This document shows, in pieces, positions 1-10,465 of a stretch of 64,000 bases of DNA (position 1 is the first letter of the stretch; every line of letters begins with the position of its first letter). Made by a program: the position numbers and the translations under genes. The stretch lies in contig JAEOUE010000197.1 of NCBI GenBank assembly GCA_016839515.1, positions 1 through 64,000 of the forward strand, given 5' to 3'. The stretch is from Candidatus Hodarchaeum mangrovi (GTDB lineage: Archaea; Asgardarchaeota; Heimdallarchaeia; Hodarchaeales; Hodarchaeaceae). The notes below the pieces were generated by a model that did no database searches, was not told the origin of the DNA, and saw only the letters and a program-made list of their open reading frames with translations.

Positions 1-596
1 AAAACAAATTTATCCCAATTGAATAAATTTTCAATTCCTCCCCAATAGAATAATAAGGGAATTAGTGTAAATAGAAATACGGATGGGCTTAAGACGGCCC
101 ACGGTTGCTGAGAAAAGATTCCAAACGCAATTTTTATATTTTCAATCTCACCAAGAGCAACATTTATACCAATGAATGTTGACGCAAGAATACTAACTCC
201 TGTAATAAAATCCCCAATCTGTCGTAAATTGTTATTTGTTTCTTGAGTTGGTTCATATTTGCTCTTCCAAGAGGTTAAGAAGCCAATAAGATCTTGAAAT
301 AATCCAAAAGGGCATCCCCATGCGCAAAAAAGTCGTCCAAAAATTGATCCAATAATAAAAAATGAAGCTAATGGGATTAATGGTAGTAATCCTGTAGTTA
401 ACATTCTCTCTAACAAATAAAAAGCTCCTTCGGAGCTAGAAGTCAACATTTTTGGCATATCGACAGGTAATACTAACCATGTTGCTCCTATTCCAAAAAA
501 AGTAAGATTCATTAAAATAAACATGATAGTTTGAATAATTGTACGTAAAATCCGTAATTTCGTTAAATTTACCTTTGATTTCTTATGCCATGCCAT
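1..596 (-). CDS. Membrane-bound 4Fe-4S binding protein, NapH/MauN/polyferredoxin family (3' end runs off the window)
   Basis: Not in the ORF track. Manual translation from ATG at 596 gives MAWHKKSKVNLTKLRILRTIIQ...GRLFCAWGCPFGLFQD, with the CxxxCP motif and several TM helices. An AGGTGA RBS lies upstream. Confidence 0.8.
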   Translation of the reverse strand, partial: MAWHKKSKVNLTKLRILRTIIQTIMFILMNLTFFGIGATWLVLPVDMPKMLTSSSEGAFYLLERMLTTGLLPLIPLASFFIIGSIFGRLFCAWGCPFGLFQDLIGFLTSWKSKYEPTQETNNNLRQIGDFITGVSILASTFIGINVALGEIENIKIAFGIFSQQPWAVLSPSVFLFTLIPLLFYWGGIENLFNWDKFV

Positions 597-606
597 CTTT
601 ATTCAC

Positions 607-753
607 CTATGGTATAGGTATTCCTGCTGTTGCGCTCTCTGTGATTTCTACAATTAAATCTTTAATTAATTCGAACTGATTCGCTGATATTGCAAGTGTT
701 AAGAAAATAAATCCAAGACTTAAGGCAATAAAAGCTTTGGCATTACTCCTCAT
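607..753 (-). CDS. Small 48-aa single-TM protein upstream of the NapH-like gene
   Basis: Manual translation MRSNAKAFIALSLGFIFLTLAISANQFELIKDLIVEITESATAGIPIP*. The TAG stop overlaps the RBS of the downstream gene. Confidence 0.6.
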   Translation of the reverse strand: MRSNAKAFIALSLGFIFLTLAISANQFELIKDLIVEITESATAGIPIP

Positions 754-906
754 TGTATAAATTCCTTCTAATTATTTGAATATAGAAACAATAATGAAAT
801 CGATTATATTTTAGGCTTTTCAGCAAATCTTCTTATTTGTTGTCCTAGCTATTGTTATTTAGATAAGGGATATACAATATCCGTTGCTAGTTTTTTAGAA
901 ATAGTC

Positions 907-2148
907 TTAAAATCCCCAATCTCTACTTTTACTGAATCCATATGCAATTATTCGGGCGTTCCAAAATTTTTTTATCATTGAAGGTTTAGATAAAGCTTTA
1001 AATGATAATAGAAGTTTTTTCCAAATATTCATACGCGTTATATCCCAACCATCAATTAAGGATCCAAAATTCTCTAAGTCATTAGCAGTAAAATCTGAAT
1101 AAAGGATTTGATGAGCTTTTTGAATTATTGGGTCAGCATATGGCATCATTCGGCATTTATACTCATATTCTAACAATTTTTTCTTTGAAAAATTTTTAGA
1201 TTTACATGCTTCTATTGCAGTTTGTGCAGCTAGCCATCCTGAATGAATTCCTATTGCAATACCTCCATAAAAGATTGAATTTGTTAAGCCAGCTGCATCA
1301 CCAGCTACCATATAGTTATCAGTGCATAAATTTGGTATTGGTCCACTTGCAGGAATAATACCAGCAATCCTTTGGATAATATCTTCTTCTTTAACATCAT
1401 TAAAATGAAGATTCATGAATTTTTTAAGAATAGTGTTCGGATTTGAAGCAGGGTCAACAACAATTCCAATATTGGTTGAACTTTTTTTGGGAAAGACCCA
1501 TCCATAATGCATCTTTGGAAATCGATTGAAATCGAAATAAAAGTCTAGTGCATCGGTTAAAATTCCTTTAATATTAAATTCTACTCCTTGAACATATTCT
1601 GATGGTCCTTTGAGTCCTATCATTTTTACACTATGAGCTGAAGGTCCATCACACCCAATCACTAAATTTGCTCTATATGTTTGTGAAGTGGTTTTTACAA
1701 TTACAGAATTACCATCCCTTTTTACCTCATTTACTCGTGACTGTAGAGAAAGATCAACACCATTTTTTTGAGCTTCTTTAGCCATTAAATGATCAAATAA
1801 AGGCCGATTTATAGTTACTGTCTCTAATTGAGATGTAGCTACTCCCGATGTACCAAAAAAAAATCTTTGAGTGCTAAGAATCCGTTCAATCAAATAATTC
1901 TTACGATTTATTATAAAATCGTCGTAAGTTTCTTCTGAATTATATTTTGGCATATTTTCAACGGTTCGCATTTTATCAATAGATAATCCTTCACCGCATG
2001 CAAGGGGGTGACCAATTTTTGGATGTTCTTCAACTATAACAGCATTTAATCCTGCTTTAGCTACAGATATTCCAGTGGATAATCCTGTTGGTCCTCCACC
2101 AATTATTAGAACATCATATTGTTGCATTGCCGTCCAAGTACCTCTCAA
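907..2148 (-). CDS. Geranylgeranyl reductase-family FAD oxidoreductase (DGGR-like)
   Basis: YDVLIIGGGPTG FAD motif, CGEG, YGWVFPK and GDAAG motifs. The real start is probably the ATG of MQQYD. Confidence 0.85.
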   Translation of the reverse strand: MRGTWTAMQQYDVLIIGGGPTGLSTGISVAKAGLNAVIVEEHPKIGHPLACGEGLSIDKMRTVENMPKYNSEETYDDFIINRKNYLIERILSTQRFFFGTSGVATSQLETVTINRPLFDHLMAKEAQKNGVDLSLQSRVNEVKRDGNSVIVKTTSQTYRANLVIGCDGPSAHSVKMIGLKGPSEYVQGVEFNIKGILTDALDFYFDFNRFPKMHYGWVFPKKSSTNIGIVVDPASNPNTILKKFMNLHFNDVKEEDIIQRIAGIIPASGPIPNLCTDNYMVAGDAAGLTNSIFYGGIAIGIHSGWLAAQTAIEACKSKNFSKKKLLEYEYKCRMMPYADPIIQKAHQILYSDFTANDLENFGSLIDGWDITRMNIWKKLLLSFKALSKPSMIKKFWNARIIAYGFSKSRDWGF

Positions 2149-2242
2149 GGAATATATAGCATTCTGATCTCTTTAATTATATAATTTGTTAATTCATTTG
2201 AACCAAAAAGAAGTTTTATTTATTTACTACTAAATTGGTTAA

Positions 2243-2563
2243 ATGGGAAAATCAATGAATCATTCTCCAGTAAAAATTGGAACTTGCTTAAATAAAGCTC
2301 AAGGTAAGATAATTGTTCAATTAGAGGGGCCAAATTTACCTAAAATCGGTTCTTATGCTCAGATTAAGGAAAAAGGTCAATTTATCACAATTGGAGAGAT
2401 AACAGAGGCTATAGGATCAACTCAATCACCTTGGATTGTTATCTCGCCTTATAAAGATAGATTAAAAAAGGTGAATGAGATGGAGGAAATCTACAGCCAA
2501 GAGAATTATCGCTCAAAAATAAAGAATAAAAAAACCAAGTATCGGTATAAAAAGAGGGTTTGA
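2243..2563 (+). CDS. gar1: H/ACA RNP subunit Gar1
   Basis: PKIGS...IGEITEAIGSTQSPWIVI matches the Gar1/Naf1 beta-barrel pattern; basic tail; next to rps8e. Confidence 0.75.
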   Translation: MGKSMNHSPVKIGTCLNKAQGKIIVQLEGPNLPKIGSYAQIKEKGQFITIGEITEAIGSTQSPWIVISPYKDRLKKVNEMEEIYSQENYRSKIKNKKTKYRYKKRV

Positions 2564-2657
2564 TATATAAAACATTCGTTATATGCCTTTAAATGGTTAG
2601 TTTTGGCGTCTATAGCGATTTTTTCATTTTAAAAGAAATTATTAAGAGGTTAATCAT

Positions 2658-3035
2658 ATGGCAAGGTCACAGAGAAGATCTGTAAGGAAGGCAAGTGGTG
2701 GAAGATACCACATTAGTACTAAAAAGAAAAAAAGGGATTTAGCACGACCAGCAGCCCTGACAATGGTCGGAACAGTACGAAAGAAAGCAATAAGAACCCG
2801 TGGGGGGAATCAAAAAATACGTTTACTTAGCTCTACTTTTGCTAATGTTTCTTCTCTAGATGGAAAAGTGACAACAAAACTTGAGATTGAAGATGTTGAA
2901 GACAATCAAGCAAATAGAGACTTTGCACGAAGAAAAATTGTTACTAAAGGAGCAATCATTCGTACATCTAAAGGCAATGCCCGCGTAACTAGTCGACCAG
3001 GTCAAAATGGAACAGTTGAAGCTGTTTTATTCTAG
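2658..3035 (+). CDS. rps8e: 30S ribosomal protein eS8
   Basis: RKASGGRY, RTRGGNQK and VTSRPGQNG motifs. Confidence 0.97.
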   Translation: MARSQRRSVRKASGGRYHISTKKKKRDLARPAALTMVGTVRKKAIRTRGGNQKIRLLSSTFANVSSLDGKVTTKLEIEDVEDNQANRDFARRKIVTKGAIIRTSKGNARVTSRPGQNGTVEAVLF

Positions 3036-3106
3036 TAGAAATTAACTTCTTTTGATTCTAAAATTAATTCTTTTTACTTCTTTTGCAAAATAGGATAAAA
3101 TACTAA

Positions 3107-3955
3107 ATGGAAGAAAGTAAACCCCCTTTGACCCAAGAAAATTCTTCAGAATCGATTTTCAAGAAAAATGTTTCTAAACTTAAAATAGCTATAATACGAA
3201 CTTTTACTGGACATAGTAAAGGAACTTGGATATGGATTGGGGTCTTTTTCTTAATTTTAATTATTAGTGTCATAGTTTTAATTCTTCAGTCTCAAGATGA
3301 AACTTGGTTATTTGATAAAGTTATTAGATGGTTTGTTGGACCAATCCTAAGTTTAGAATTATTAGGACCATTTATTTTCATTATTTTCATGGGAATTCAA
3401 GGGATTATTGTTCCAATTCCTTCTGAATTGGTTTTATTATCAAGTGGTCTAATTTGGGGTATGATTGGAGGGAGTATAATTGGGATTATTGGTTCAATGA
3501 CCGCAGGTATAACCACGTATTATATTGCAATGTATGGTGGTAGACCTATTATTGAAAAATTCTTGGGTGAAGAAAATCTCCTTATTGTAGATAAATATCT
3601 TGATCGATATGGAATTTGGGCTATCGTTTTTGCTCGTGCTTTTCCTTTCATGGCCTTTGATCCTATATCCTATGCGTCTGGATTTTTGAAAATAAAATTG
3701 AGGGATTATCTATTAGCTACTTTCTTTGGTTCAATCATTCGGTGCACATTTTATGCTTGGTTAGGTTCAAATCTAGTAACCCAAACAGACATAAGCGAAT
3801 GGTTAAGGGATCCTGCAAAATATCAAAGTTTCATTAATCAATATTCTGCTAACTTCAATCTTGTACTATTTCTGCTAATTGTTGTTCTTGGACTAGCTTT
3901 TGTTGTATATCAATTCCTTTTATTCCCCTATTTAAAGAAAAAATCTCATGAATAA
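3107..3955 (+). CDS. TVP38/TMEM64 (DedA/VTT domain) membrane protein
   Basis: VPIPSELVLLSSG, ARAFPFMAFDPISYASG and YLLATFFGSIIR motifs. Confidence 0.9.
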   Translation: MEESKPPLTQENSSESIFKKNVSKLKIAIIRTFTGHSKGTWIWIGVFFLILIISVIVLILQSQDETWLFDKVIRWFVGPILSLELLGPFIFIIFMGIQGIIVPIPSELVLLSSGLIWGMIGGSIIGIIGSMTAGITTYYIAMYGGRPIIEKFLGEENLLIVDKYLDRYGIWAIVFARAFPFMAFDPISYASGFLKIKLRDYLLATFFGSIIRCTFYAWLGSNLVTQTDISEWLRDPAKYQSFINQYSANFNLVLFLLIVVLGLAFVVYQFLLFPYLKKKSHE

Positions 3956-4116
3956 AGAAAAAATGTAAAAAGAAAACTATTCCATCCTGAAAATTTTATT
4001 TCAAATAGACTCAATTGATTTAATATAGTAATATTTTTGATATAAGATGACTTTCAATATAACTAAAGAATTAATAAATTACATTCTTAGCTCAGTAAAA
4101 TCATGGAGTAAGATGA

Positions 4117-5784
4117 ATGAGTATTCATGAATCAATAAAAAAATCTTCGTCTTCGGAGGATTTGAATCATAAAATCCCTGAATGGTTAAGTGTAGATCAT
4201 TTTCCAGATGAGACAAGAGTTAATTTAACTCCTCGTGGACGTAGGTTTGTGTTTCAAAAAAGTCTAATCATGAAAAATCTTGAACATATTGTAAGTAGAG
4301 CACAGTGGTCTCGTTATCGTTCAAATCCAGAAATGTCGATTCCTGTATCCACACTTCGACTCCTTGTTGAGGATGAAAGAGAACTATTTATGACTTCATT
4401 TACTGTTACGAGTATAGGTAATAAGAAAATCCAATTACCTCTAAAATTACCTATACGAATTAGAAACAATTCTCTAGCGAAATTACTCGCGCTTTTAACC
4501 CTTTCGAAAAACGTCTTTCAAACAGGAACTTATCAAACAGATCAGAGGGAAAAAATTGAATATTTAATCGAAACATTTGACTCAATCTTTGATGTGAACT
4601 TGAGTCCTGATGAAGAAATTACTTATAATCAACGAGGGTATTATCTTAAGATACCACTTCAGATCTGCTCTGCTATTATTAAAGTTTTCACAGGCGAGTA
4701 TACTGCAAGTTTTCCACAGATTATTAGTTCGGTAGCAAAACTTGAAGATGAACAAGATATCTTAGATTTTGTTACAATGTGGTTGAAATTTTCTAGGGTA
4801 TATCGATTTGATAATAGTCAAGAAAACCTATTTATGTTTAGATATAATGATGAAACAAGGGAATTAGTGAAATTAATTGAAATGTTGGGTGTAAAATATG
4901 AAATGGGTTCGATAATAGATGGAGGTAACTTTGTCCCTGTTTACCGAATCCCTAATGTAGCAGATAATGAAATAATTCTTGGAACACCATCATTATTATC
5001 TCGGCTTAAAAGTAAAATAAGGAATCAAACCGCCCGAATTAATGAATTAGAAGCAATAAAGGATGATCTTGAGTCTAAACTAAGAGGAACCACTCGTGGT
5101 ATTGGAGAAAAAGTCACATGGTCTCGTGCAGTGGATGAAAGACTTGCAGAGGACCTTACTGAAAAGCTTGTTGAATTTGAGAGAATATTAATACAAACTC
5201 GGAATGAAAATGAAAAACTTAAGCGTCTTCTCAAAGACAGTGGTGCTATTTTAGAAGTTGAAGAGTCATTTTTTGTTGAAAATAGCAATGGGGAAAAAAT
5301 TGCTGAAGATATTAATCAATTAAGGGAAGAAGTAAATCAACTTAAAGAACGATTGGCAACATTAAATCAACCTACCCAAGGAAAAGAATTAAGCTATAAA
5401 GTAACAAAAGAAATAACAATGAAAGCAGATCATGCTCCTATAGGGATAGATATTGATTTACGTCTAATAATTAAAACTTTTCTTGCACATCCGGACAACT
5501 GGGTTTTATTTATTCTTGGGACTAATCAAAGTTTGACTAAAGAGCAAATTGGAAGAATATTAGGTTTTTCTGCTGATAGAAGGTTAGAATTGCAAAGATG
5601 CTTAAATGATTTCGTTAATCGTCATATTTTAAAAGTTACTGCATCGTCTCATGGTGAGGAAATCTATTCTTTGGATCGTTGGCATTGGTCTGATTTAATT
5701 GGTAGCTACACAACAACTTTATTGGGTGATAAGGATAATGTTCCCCTAGAAGTTCGCCAATTAGTACGAAGTGTTCTTAAATAA
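4117..5784 (+). CDS. Hypothetical protein: HTH + degenerate LAGLIDADG-like domain + coiled coil + C-terminal winged helix
   Basis: 555-aa ORF. Domain guesses come from pattern similarity only (see findings). Confidence 0.5.
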   Translation: MSIHESIKKSSSSEDLNHKIPEWLSVDHFPDETRVNLTPRGRRFVFQKSLIMKNLEHIVSRAQWSRYRSNPEMSIPVSTLRLLVEDERELFMTSFTVTSIGNKKIQLPLKLPIRIRNNSLAKLLALLTLSKNVFQTGTYQTDQREKIEYLIETFDSIFDVNLSPDEEITYNQRGYYLKIPLQICSAIIKVFTGEYTASFPQIISSVAKLEDEQDILDFVTMWLKFSRVYRFDNSQENLFMFRYNDETRELVKLIEMLGVKYEMGSIIDGGNFVPVYRIPNVADNEIILGTPSLLSRLKSKIRNQTARINELEAIKDDLESKLRGTTRGIGEKVTWSRAVDERLAEDLTEKLVEFERILIQTRNENEKLKRLLKDSGAILEVEESFFVENSNGEKIAEDINQLREEVNQLKERLATLNQPTQGKELSYKVTKEITMKADHAPIGIDIDLRLIIKTFLAHPDNWVLFILGTNQSLTKEQIGRILGFSADRRLELQRCLNDFVNRHILKVTASSHGEEIYSLDRWHWSDLIGSYTTTLLGDKDNVPLEVRQLVRSVLK

Positions 5785-5813
5785 AATAAAAATATTAAAA
5801 ATGGATTTATAAT

Positions 5814-6161
5814 TTATAAGTTATCAATAACTTTGAGTGCTTCTAATAAATCTTTAATTTCAGATGTTTTTTTAGATGACTGAACGATTTTTTCTCCCTC
5901 TTTTTTTCCCAAAAATTCTGATATTTGAATATTTGGACTTATTTGGGAATTATTTTCTTTTTTAGTTGATTCTAAAACTGAAATATCTGGGATTTGTTTA
6001 TCTGATGTAAGAGAATTCAATTGTTCTTTGATTTGATTCATTTCCTGTTCTAAACTTGATAATCGATCATTAAAGTCTTTGAATTTCGTTCCAATATCTT
6101 TTATAACTAGTTTTAATGCTTCCTTGACAAAATTTTTCATTTTCTCTTCAATTAAATCCAT
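5814..6161 (-). CDS. Hypothetical coiled-coil protein
   Basis: 115-aa ORF with heptad pattern (FNDRLSSLEQEMNQIKEQLNSL); GTGA-type RBS upstream. Confidence 0.6.
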   Translation of the reverse strand: MDLIEEKMKNFVKEALKLVIKDIGTKFKDFNDRLSSLEQEMNQIKEQLNSLTSDKQIPDISVLESTKKENNSQISPNIQISEFLGKKEGEKIVQSSKKTSEIKDLLEALKVIDNL

Positions 6162-6542
6162 ATAAAATCACTGTTTGTTCTTAAATTATAAATTTTGTCT
6201 AATTAGATATTTAAAATGTTCTATCTGTCTTTCTACAATATTTTTAATTGGATAATTTGCGTTATAAATTAAATTCAGCTTTTTTGTATTAAAAATGTTG
6301 GAAGATATAAATTATACAAAATCACTCATTGAAATAAAAAAAAGCCAAGACTTGAAAAAAGTTATATGAGACTGATCTCAATCTTCCTACCAAATGTAAT
6401 TCTTCTATTATTAATAGATAAAAATGAACAATTATTTTAATCAAGGCAAATGAATTCTCTTTCTAGTCTCAAAAACTAGAAATATTTCCTTCCTTTAAAT
6501 TAAAATTAATCAAATACAATATATAATGGGGAAATAAACCTA

Positions 6543-9095
6543 ATGAGTGAATTAAAATCCCAACATGATTACTTTCTATTAAGCACAGTTTATGATGCTG
6601 AATCAAATGGAGCTGGAATTAAATTATTTGATGTTTCTAGCCAAAAAGTAATTTATTTCTTAGATCCTTATGGGCATGAACCATATTGTTATAGTTTAGA
6701 ACCATTTTCAGATCTGAAAGCAATTGAAAAAGAATTTCCCCCTAATACAATCAAGAGAATAATTACTACTAATAAAAAGGATATCTTAAATAATACTATT
6801 ATCAATCCTACTCAGATTGTAACTGTTACCCCGAGCGAAGTACCTAAAGTTCGGGATATCTTAAAAACACATGGTTGGGAAACTTGGGAGTCAAGAATAA
6901 AATATCACCGAAATTGGTTATATGATACACAATTAGTTCCAGGGAGAAAGTATTGGTGGGATGAGGTTAATAGGAAATTTATTTCCCCTCAAAGTATAAG
7001 TGAGGGATTGGAGATACCTACTCCTGTTATAGAAAATTTAGCACAATATTCAGGATTAATCCAAGTATTTCAAGATGATTTTCTTCAAGAAATTCCTGAC
7101 CTTCCTATTGTAGCTTGTGATATAGAAACTGAGTATGAGGAAGGTCAGATTCCCCAATCTAGCGATCCTAAATTCCCAGTAATTTGCATTTGTATGTCTG
7201 ATAACAAAAATAATGAAATAGCTTTGATCCTTTCACGGAAAAACATAGAAAAAGGAGAAAGTTGGGTTGAGGTTTCACAAGATCTAAGGGTTGAGTCTTT
7301 TGATGATGAAAAATTACTTTTAAAACGAGCATTTGAGATATTAAAGAAATATTCTGTAATTTGTACTTTTAATGGTGATAATTTCGATTTTCCATATCTT
7401 CATGCAAGAGCAAGACATCTAAAGATTAGTAAATCGAGCCCCATTCTTTGGAACAGAAGAGCAAAAGAATGTAATTTTCGAAATGCTATTCATCTGGATT
7501 TATATCGTTTTTTTCATAATGTAGCAATAAAAACTTATGCGTTTGGAAATAGATATCAAGAAGAGACTTTAGATGCCGTTGCTTCAGCATTGCTAGGAGT
7601 TGGAAAAATTCCTCTGAATAAAGGAATAGCTGAATTAACAGAATGGGAGTTAATAAGATATTGTTTAAGAGACGCCCGAATAACAAGAGATCTCATCTTG
7701 TATGATAACAATACTCCATTAAATCTGATATTTATACTTGCTAGAATTTCAAGAATGCCAATTGATGATCTTGTACGTACAAGTGTTTCAAATTGGGTAC
7801 AAAGCCTATTTTACCATGAACACCGTCGAAGAGGTTATTTCATCCCCAATCAAAGTGATATTCATCTATTAAAAGGTGGTGGAACTAGTACAGAAGCAAT
7901 AATCAAGGGAAAGAAGTACAAAGGTGCTAAAGTAATAGATCCTGTTCCTGGTATTCATTTTAATGTTGCAGTATTGGACTTTGCTTCACTGTATCCCTCT
8001 ATTATTGGGACTAAAAACCTCAGCTATGAAACTTTACTATGCAATCATGTTGAATGTAAAGAAAATATAGTCCCACAAACTAGCTACTGGGTTTGTAATA
8101 AGAATCGTGGGATTATGGCTGACATAATTGGATTTATAAAAGATATTCGTGTGATGTGGCTTAAACCTGCTTCCAAGGAGGAATTGGGCCGAAAAAACTT
8201 TTTCCAAATACTCGAAAGGAGTCTGAAAGTTTTGATCAATGCCTCGTATGGTGTCCTAGGAAGTGATCGATTCCCGTTGTATTGTTTACCCGTTGCTGAC
8301 TCTACAACTGCTTTTGGTCGTGATGCAATAAACAAGACTATTGAAAAAGCTGAAAGTTTAAACATTACAGTTTTATATGGAGATACAGATTCAGTCTTTC
8401 TTCTTTCACCTCCTAAAAAGAAAATTAATGAGATTATACAATGGAGTAAAAAAGAATTAGAAGTAGGACTTGAAATGGAAAAAGTATACAAATATGTAGT
8501 CCTTTCTCAACGGAAAAAGAATTATTTCGGAGTTTATGAGGATGGAAGTGTTGAGGTTAAGGGATTAATGGGTAAAAAACGAAATACTCCTCCATTTTTA
8601 CAGGATGGATTTAATGAGGTATTGCATATATTATCTCAAGTAAATAATCTTGAAGAGTTTTCAAAGGCAAAAGAAAAAGTTAAAGGGTTAATAAAAACTA
8701 TTTATGTGAAATTGGATAAGAATCAATACTCTCCAGAGGATCTCTCAATAACTATGCAGCTTACTCAACCTTTAGGATCATACAAAGTAAATTCACAACA
8801 TGTAAAAGCAGCTCGTCAGCTAGAAAATCATTATCAATCTCGATTTATGTCAAAACACAATGGAAAAAAATATAATGAGGGATTTATCAAAGCAGGACAA
8901 TTAATTAGGTTTGTTAAAACAAAGGAAGGTGATCATGTAACTCCTGTTGAGTTAATGACGAAAGATATCAAACCTGATGTGAAAGCATACAAATCAATGA
9001 TTGAATCAACATTTGATCAGCTATTGGGAGCTCTAGATATAAATCTCGAAGAACTTGCTTCTGGTCAGATAAATCTGATGGAATTTTTTAACTAA
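6543..9095 (+). CDS. polB1: Family B DNA polymerase, PolB1 (TACK 'DNA polymerase I') type
   Basis: Exonuclease motifs DIET, FNGDNFDFPYL and YCLRDA; polymerase motifs DFASLYPS, KVLINASYG and YGDTDS. PolB1-type N-terminus (LLSTVYD, GHEPYCY, WESRIKY) and C-terminal PIP box QINLMEFF. Confidence 0.93.
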   Translation: MSELKSQHDYFLLSTVYDAESNGAGIKLFDVSSQKVIYFLDPYGHEPYCYSLEPFSDLKAIEKEFPPNTIKRIITTNKKDILNNTIINPTQIVTVTPSEVPKVRDILKTHGWETWESRIKYHRNWLYDTQLVPGRKYWWDEVNRKFISPQSISEGLEIPTPVIENLAQYSGLIQVFQDDFLQEIPDLPIVACDIETEYEEGQIPQSSDPKFPVICICMSDNKNNEIALILSRKNIEKGESWVEVSQDLRVESFDDEKLLLKRAFEILKKYSVICTFNGDNFDFPYLHARARHLKISKSSPILWNRRAKECNFRNAIHLDLYRFFHNVAIKTYAFGNRYQEETLDAVASALLGVGKIPLNKGIAELTEWELIRYCLRDARITRDLILYDNNTPLNLIFILARISRMPIDDLVRTSVSNWVQSLFYHEHRRRGYFIPNQSDIHLLKGGGTSTEAIIKGKKYKGAKVIDPVPGIHFNVAVLDFASLYPSIIGTKNLSYETLLCNHVECKENIVPQTSYWVCNKNRGIMADIIGFIKDIRVMWLKPASKEELGRKNFFQILERSLKVLINASYGVLGSDRFPLYCLPVADSTTAFGRDAINKTIEKAESLNITVLYGDTDSVFLLSPPKKKINEIIQWSKKELEVGLEMEKVYKYVVLSQRKKNYFGVYEDGSVEVKGLMGKKRNTPPFLQDGFNEVLHILSQVNNLEEFSKAKEKVKGLIKTIYVKLDKNQYSPEDLSITMQLTQPLGSYKVNSQHVKAARQLENHYQSRFMSKHNGKKYNEGFIKAGQLIRFVKTKEGDHVTPVELMTKDIKPDVKAYKSMIESTFDQLLGALDINLEELASGQINLMEFFN

Positions 9096-10465
9096 ACTTT
9101 CCACCCCAGTTTAAAAATACTGAAACCATCAGTTTGGGTTATATGTGGAAAGAGTCTTTGACCTAAAGGAAATTGAGGACTTGAAACACCAACTATGATT
9201 TTTTGAGGTTTTAGTTCAAAATTAGGGAAATTCTGTAGAAACCTATGGATTACATGCTCATTTTCAAGAGGGTGTAGTGAACATGTTGAGTAAACAATGA
9301 AACTATTAGAATCGTCTTTAAGAACAGTAGAAACATTTGAAAGGAGAGTATATTGAAGATCACTCAACCATTTTGTTTGGTGTCGGTCAACACGCCATTT
9401 TGAATCAGGTCGTGAGGAAAAAGTTCCAGATCCTGAACAAGGTGCGTCAATAAGGATTTTGTCGAATCTAAAACTGAAATTTGGATGGATTCTTAGATCA
9501 GATATAACAGGGTCTATGCTTTTTAGATCAAATAATTCAATTTTTTTCTTTAATTCTTTCATACGCCTTATGTTGTTATCAATAGCAATTATTCTACCTG
9601 AATCTTGTTGTAAAGAAGCAAGATGAGTTGTTTTCCCTCCTGGAGCTGCACATGCATCTAAAATTAGTTCATGGGGCCTTGGATCGATTATATGGGAAAC
9701 AAGAGCAGATCCTTTATTCTGAACGTAATAGAAATTTTTTTTAAAGGAATTAATACGGGGAATAGGAATTTTCCATGAGATGACCCTAATAACATCATCC
9801 AAATCAGGATCTTCTTTAAATTCAACCTCTTCAGAACTTAATCTTTCTAAAATTTCAGATTTATCATAATGTAATAAGTTTAATCTTAAATATAATGGGA
9901 GATTAAGATTTCCTGCCTTTATTATTTGTTTTGTGGTTTCTAATCCATAAAAATTGATATAGTCACGGACTAACCATGTTGGATGTGCAAATTCAACTCC
10001 TAGTCTTTCTTCTTTGTTTTGAATTAATTGTAAATAAGAATCCCTATCCCATTTTAAAAGATTGGAAATTAAATTTTCTAATAAATTAGTCAGTTGAGGA
10101 TGCTTTATTTTATCAATAATTTGTTTACATGATTGAATCCACTCTGAATCCTTCTTATAAGTATCTGAAATTAGAATATAGGTTATAACTTTTAATAAAT
10201 TTCGTATATACACTGGAATTTTAAAATTAATCCGTTTTTGAACGTACAAATGAATTAATCGATTAATAATATTTTGAAATCTGACTGTTTCAAAAACTAG
10301 CTGATGAACTTGGGAATAATTTTCCTGATTTCCATCCTCCCAGATAATAGAAAATATCTTCATTGCATTTCTTAATGAGACCTGATTTTTTTGATAGTAT
10401 AAGATGATCTTTGCCGCGTTTTCAATTAATAGCAATCTTATTCTTGAATCAATGCCCTGGCTCAA
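9092..10465 (-). CDS. RsmB/NOP2/Sun family RNA m5C methyltransferase
   Basis: LDACAAPGGKT, DAPCSGSG and YSTCSLHPLENE motifs. Confidence 0.93.
   Translation of the reverse strand: MSQGIDSRIRLLLIENAAKIILYYQKNQVSLRNAMKIFSIIWEDGNQENYSQVHQLVFETVRFQNIINRLIHLYVQKRINFKIPVYIRNLLKVITYILISDTYKKDSEWIQSCKQIIDKIKHPQLTNLLENLISNLLKWDRDSYLQLIQNKEERLGVEFAHPTWLVRDYINFYGLETTKQIIKAGNLNLPLYLRLNLLHYDKSEILERLSSEEVEFKEDPDLDDVIRVISWKIPIPRINSFKKNFYYVQNKGSALVSHIIDPRPHELILDACAAPGGKTTHLASLQQDSGRIIAIDNNIRRMKELKKKIELFDLKSIDPVISDLRIHPNFSFRFDKILIDAPCSGSGTFSSRPDSKWRVDRHQTKWLSDLQYTLLSNVSTVLKDDSNSFIVYSTCSLHPLENEHVIHRFLQNFPNFELKPQKIIVGVSSPQFPLGQRLFPHITQTDGFSIFKLGWKV

Noticed and set aside
4117-5784. Active intein or mobile homing endonuclease
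   Set aside because: No Hint splicing motifs (N-terminal Cys/Ser block, HN end) and no catalytic acidic residues in the LAGLIDADG-like helices.
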